NCBI GenBank assembly: GCA_965227515.1
Contig: CBDDFZ010000001.1
Location: 1,088,001-1,152,000 of the forward strand
Direction: 5' to 3'
Length of the DNA stretch: 64,000 nucleotides
DNA from: Alphaproteobacteria bacterium
GTDB lineage: Bacteria; Pseudomonadota; Alphaproteobacteria; CALKHQ01
In this document: positions 62,713 through 64,000 of the stretch, piece by piece
Layout: each line of letters begins with the position of its first letter
Numbering within the stretch: the stretch's first letter is position 1
Position numbers and translations under genes: made by a program
Notes under the pieces: model-generated
The model's database searches: none
Seen by the model: the letters and a program-made list of their open reading frames with translations, nothing else
What the model was told of the DNA's origin: nothing

Positions 62713-64000
62713 TTACCTGAACAACGCCTCCATCGCCGGCTCGATGCGGGCGAAGACCGACATGACGTTCTCGCCGTTCAGCGTGACCAGGCCGTTCGCC
62801 GGCATGACGAACTGGTAGAGCCACGTCGACGGCCCGCCCTCGGCCGCCTCGACGATGGCCTCGGCCTCCAGCACCGCCGCGACCTCGTCCGCGGTCTGCT
62901 GGTCGATCAGATGGGCGACGACCAGCGGCGACAGGATGTCGGTCAGCCGCACGTCGGCGCCGCCGGTCACGAGGGTCGGCGATTGCGGGTCAGCCAGCAG
63001 GTCGCCGTGGACCGCGATCTCGGCCGACAGGATCGCCATCTCCAGGTCGTAGACCAGCGACGCGCCGGCGTGCAGCAAGGCCCCGGAGAACGCATCGGCG
63101 ACGCGTTCGATCACATCCTCCGGATCGAGGGTCGGATCGAGCATGGCCGCGTCCAGTTCGTCGGCGATCACGCCCACCGGCACGTTGCTGGCGCTGACGC
63201 TGATCGAGCCCCGGTGCGGGATCAGGGCCTCGATGTCGATATCGTCGGCGTAGTTCAGCGGGAACTCGAACGTGAACCCGTCGATGGCGAACAGGAAGTC
63301 CAGGCTGGCGAGGTCGCCGCGCAGGCCGTCCGCCGACAGCGCGACCTCCTGGTAGGCGATCTCGTTGCGCGCCAGCGGCTGGTCGGTGACATAGTCCTCC
63401 ACCACCGTGCGGTAGTCGATGCTGTCATAGAACGGCGGCATGTCCATGACGGTGATGAACGCCAGCCGTTCAGGGTCCTGCTCGTCGTAGCTGTCCAGCC
63501 GGTCGGCGGCGATGTCGCCGATGACGGTGGCCAGTTCCTCGACATAGTCGCGCCATTCCAGCATCGGCACGTCGGTGAACCCGAGCTCCGCCTGGATGGA
63601 GCCGATGGTCTGGCTGCCGCCCATGCCGTCCTGCGATGTCATGCCGGTCAGCCGGTACCAGCCCTCGGCATCCCAGTTGCCGTTCTCACCCTCGATGAAC
63701 GCGAATTCCGACTCGTAGTTGTCGACCACGATCTCGATGTCGAACGCGCCACCCATCGCCAGGTCGTCGAACAGCATGCCGAGCCCGATCGACATGGCCA
63801 TGTTGTCCATGTTCGACACCAGCGCGGTGGGGTAGTCCAGCGCGTCCGACCAGACGCCGCTGATGGTCGAGACGTCATATGACAGGCCGAGGATCTGCTC
63901 GCCGTCCAGGGTCGCGGCCATGGTCCACGGCCCCGACATATCGAACCCGGTCAGGTCCGGGTCGTCCTCGCGCGGGTCGAGATGGATCACCATCTCGCCG
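62713..64000 (-). CDS. Acidic hypothetical protein, possibly DUF945/DUF2125-like (5'-truncated by window)
   Basis: Open frame to window edge, beta-rich, C-terminal ..GLVTLNGE..; family call weak. Confidence 0.7.
   Translation of the reverse strand, partial: GEMVIHLDPREDDPDLTGFDMSGPWTMAATLDGEQILGLSYDVSTISGVWSDALDYPTALVSNMDNMAMSIGLGMLFDDLAMGGAFDIEIVVDNYESEFAFIEGENGNWDAEGWYRLTGMTSQDGMGGSQTIGSIQAELGFTDVPMLEWRDYVEELATVIGDIAADRLDSYDEQDPERLAFITVMDMPPFYDSIDYRTVVEDYVTDQPLARNEIAYQEVALSADGLRGDLASLDFLFAIDGFTFEFPLNYADDIDIEALIPHRGSISVSASNVPVGVIADELDAAMLDPTLDPEDVIERVADAFSGALLHAGASLVYDLEMAILSAEIAVHGDLLADPQSPTLVTGGADVRLTDILSPLVVAHLIDQQTADEVAAVLEAEAIVEAAEGGPSTWLYQFVMPANGLVTLNGENVMSVFARIEPAMEALFR

Overview
GC-rich alphaproteobacterial chromosome segment, probably Rhodospirillales-like; several exported proteins are acidic. 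Bases 1-~6780 are the right end of an integrative defence island: type I R-M hsdS-hsdR, an M48/YgjP metallo-hydrolase, higBA and a large serine recombinase. The island is inserted at the 3' end of tRNA-Gln(CTG), and the recombinase reads into the tRNA antisense strand. The rest is mostly core and metabolic genes: ppx, rlmE, guaB, two RsmB-family methyltransferases, eda, a CoA-transferase, a sugar ABC transporter, ligAB, polA, udg-NYN-rpoZ-rsh-acpS-lepB-rnc-era-recO and pgk. These are interspersed with an IS5-family element sitting in the polA stop codon, a GNAT/DUF1778 toxin-antitoxin pair, an AT-rich single-gene islet, several palindromic repeat/MITE families and an alpha-r8 (MmgR/suhB-type) sRNA candidate. 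The most unusual items are a bactofilin pair in which one protein has an exact 3x65-aa internal core, the higBA-integrase-tRNA arrangement, a stand-alone YopT-like cysteine protease behind a perfect CRP-type box, a secreted protein with an antimicrobial-peptide-like helix, and a MITE whose central loop is flipped between copies. All calls come from reading the sequence and recognising motifs; no searches were run.
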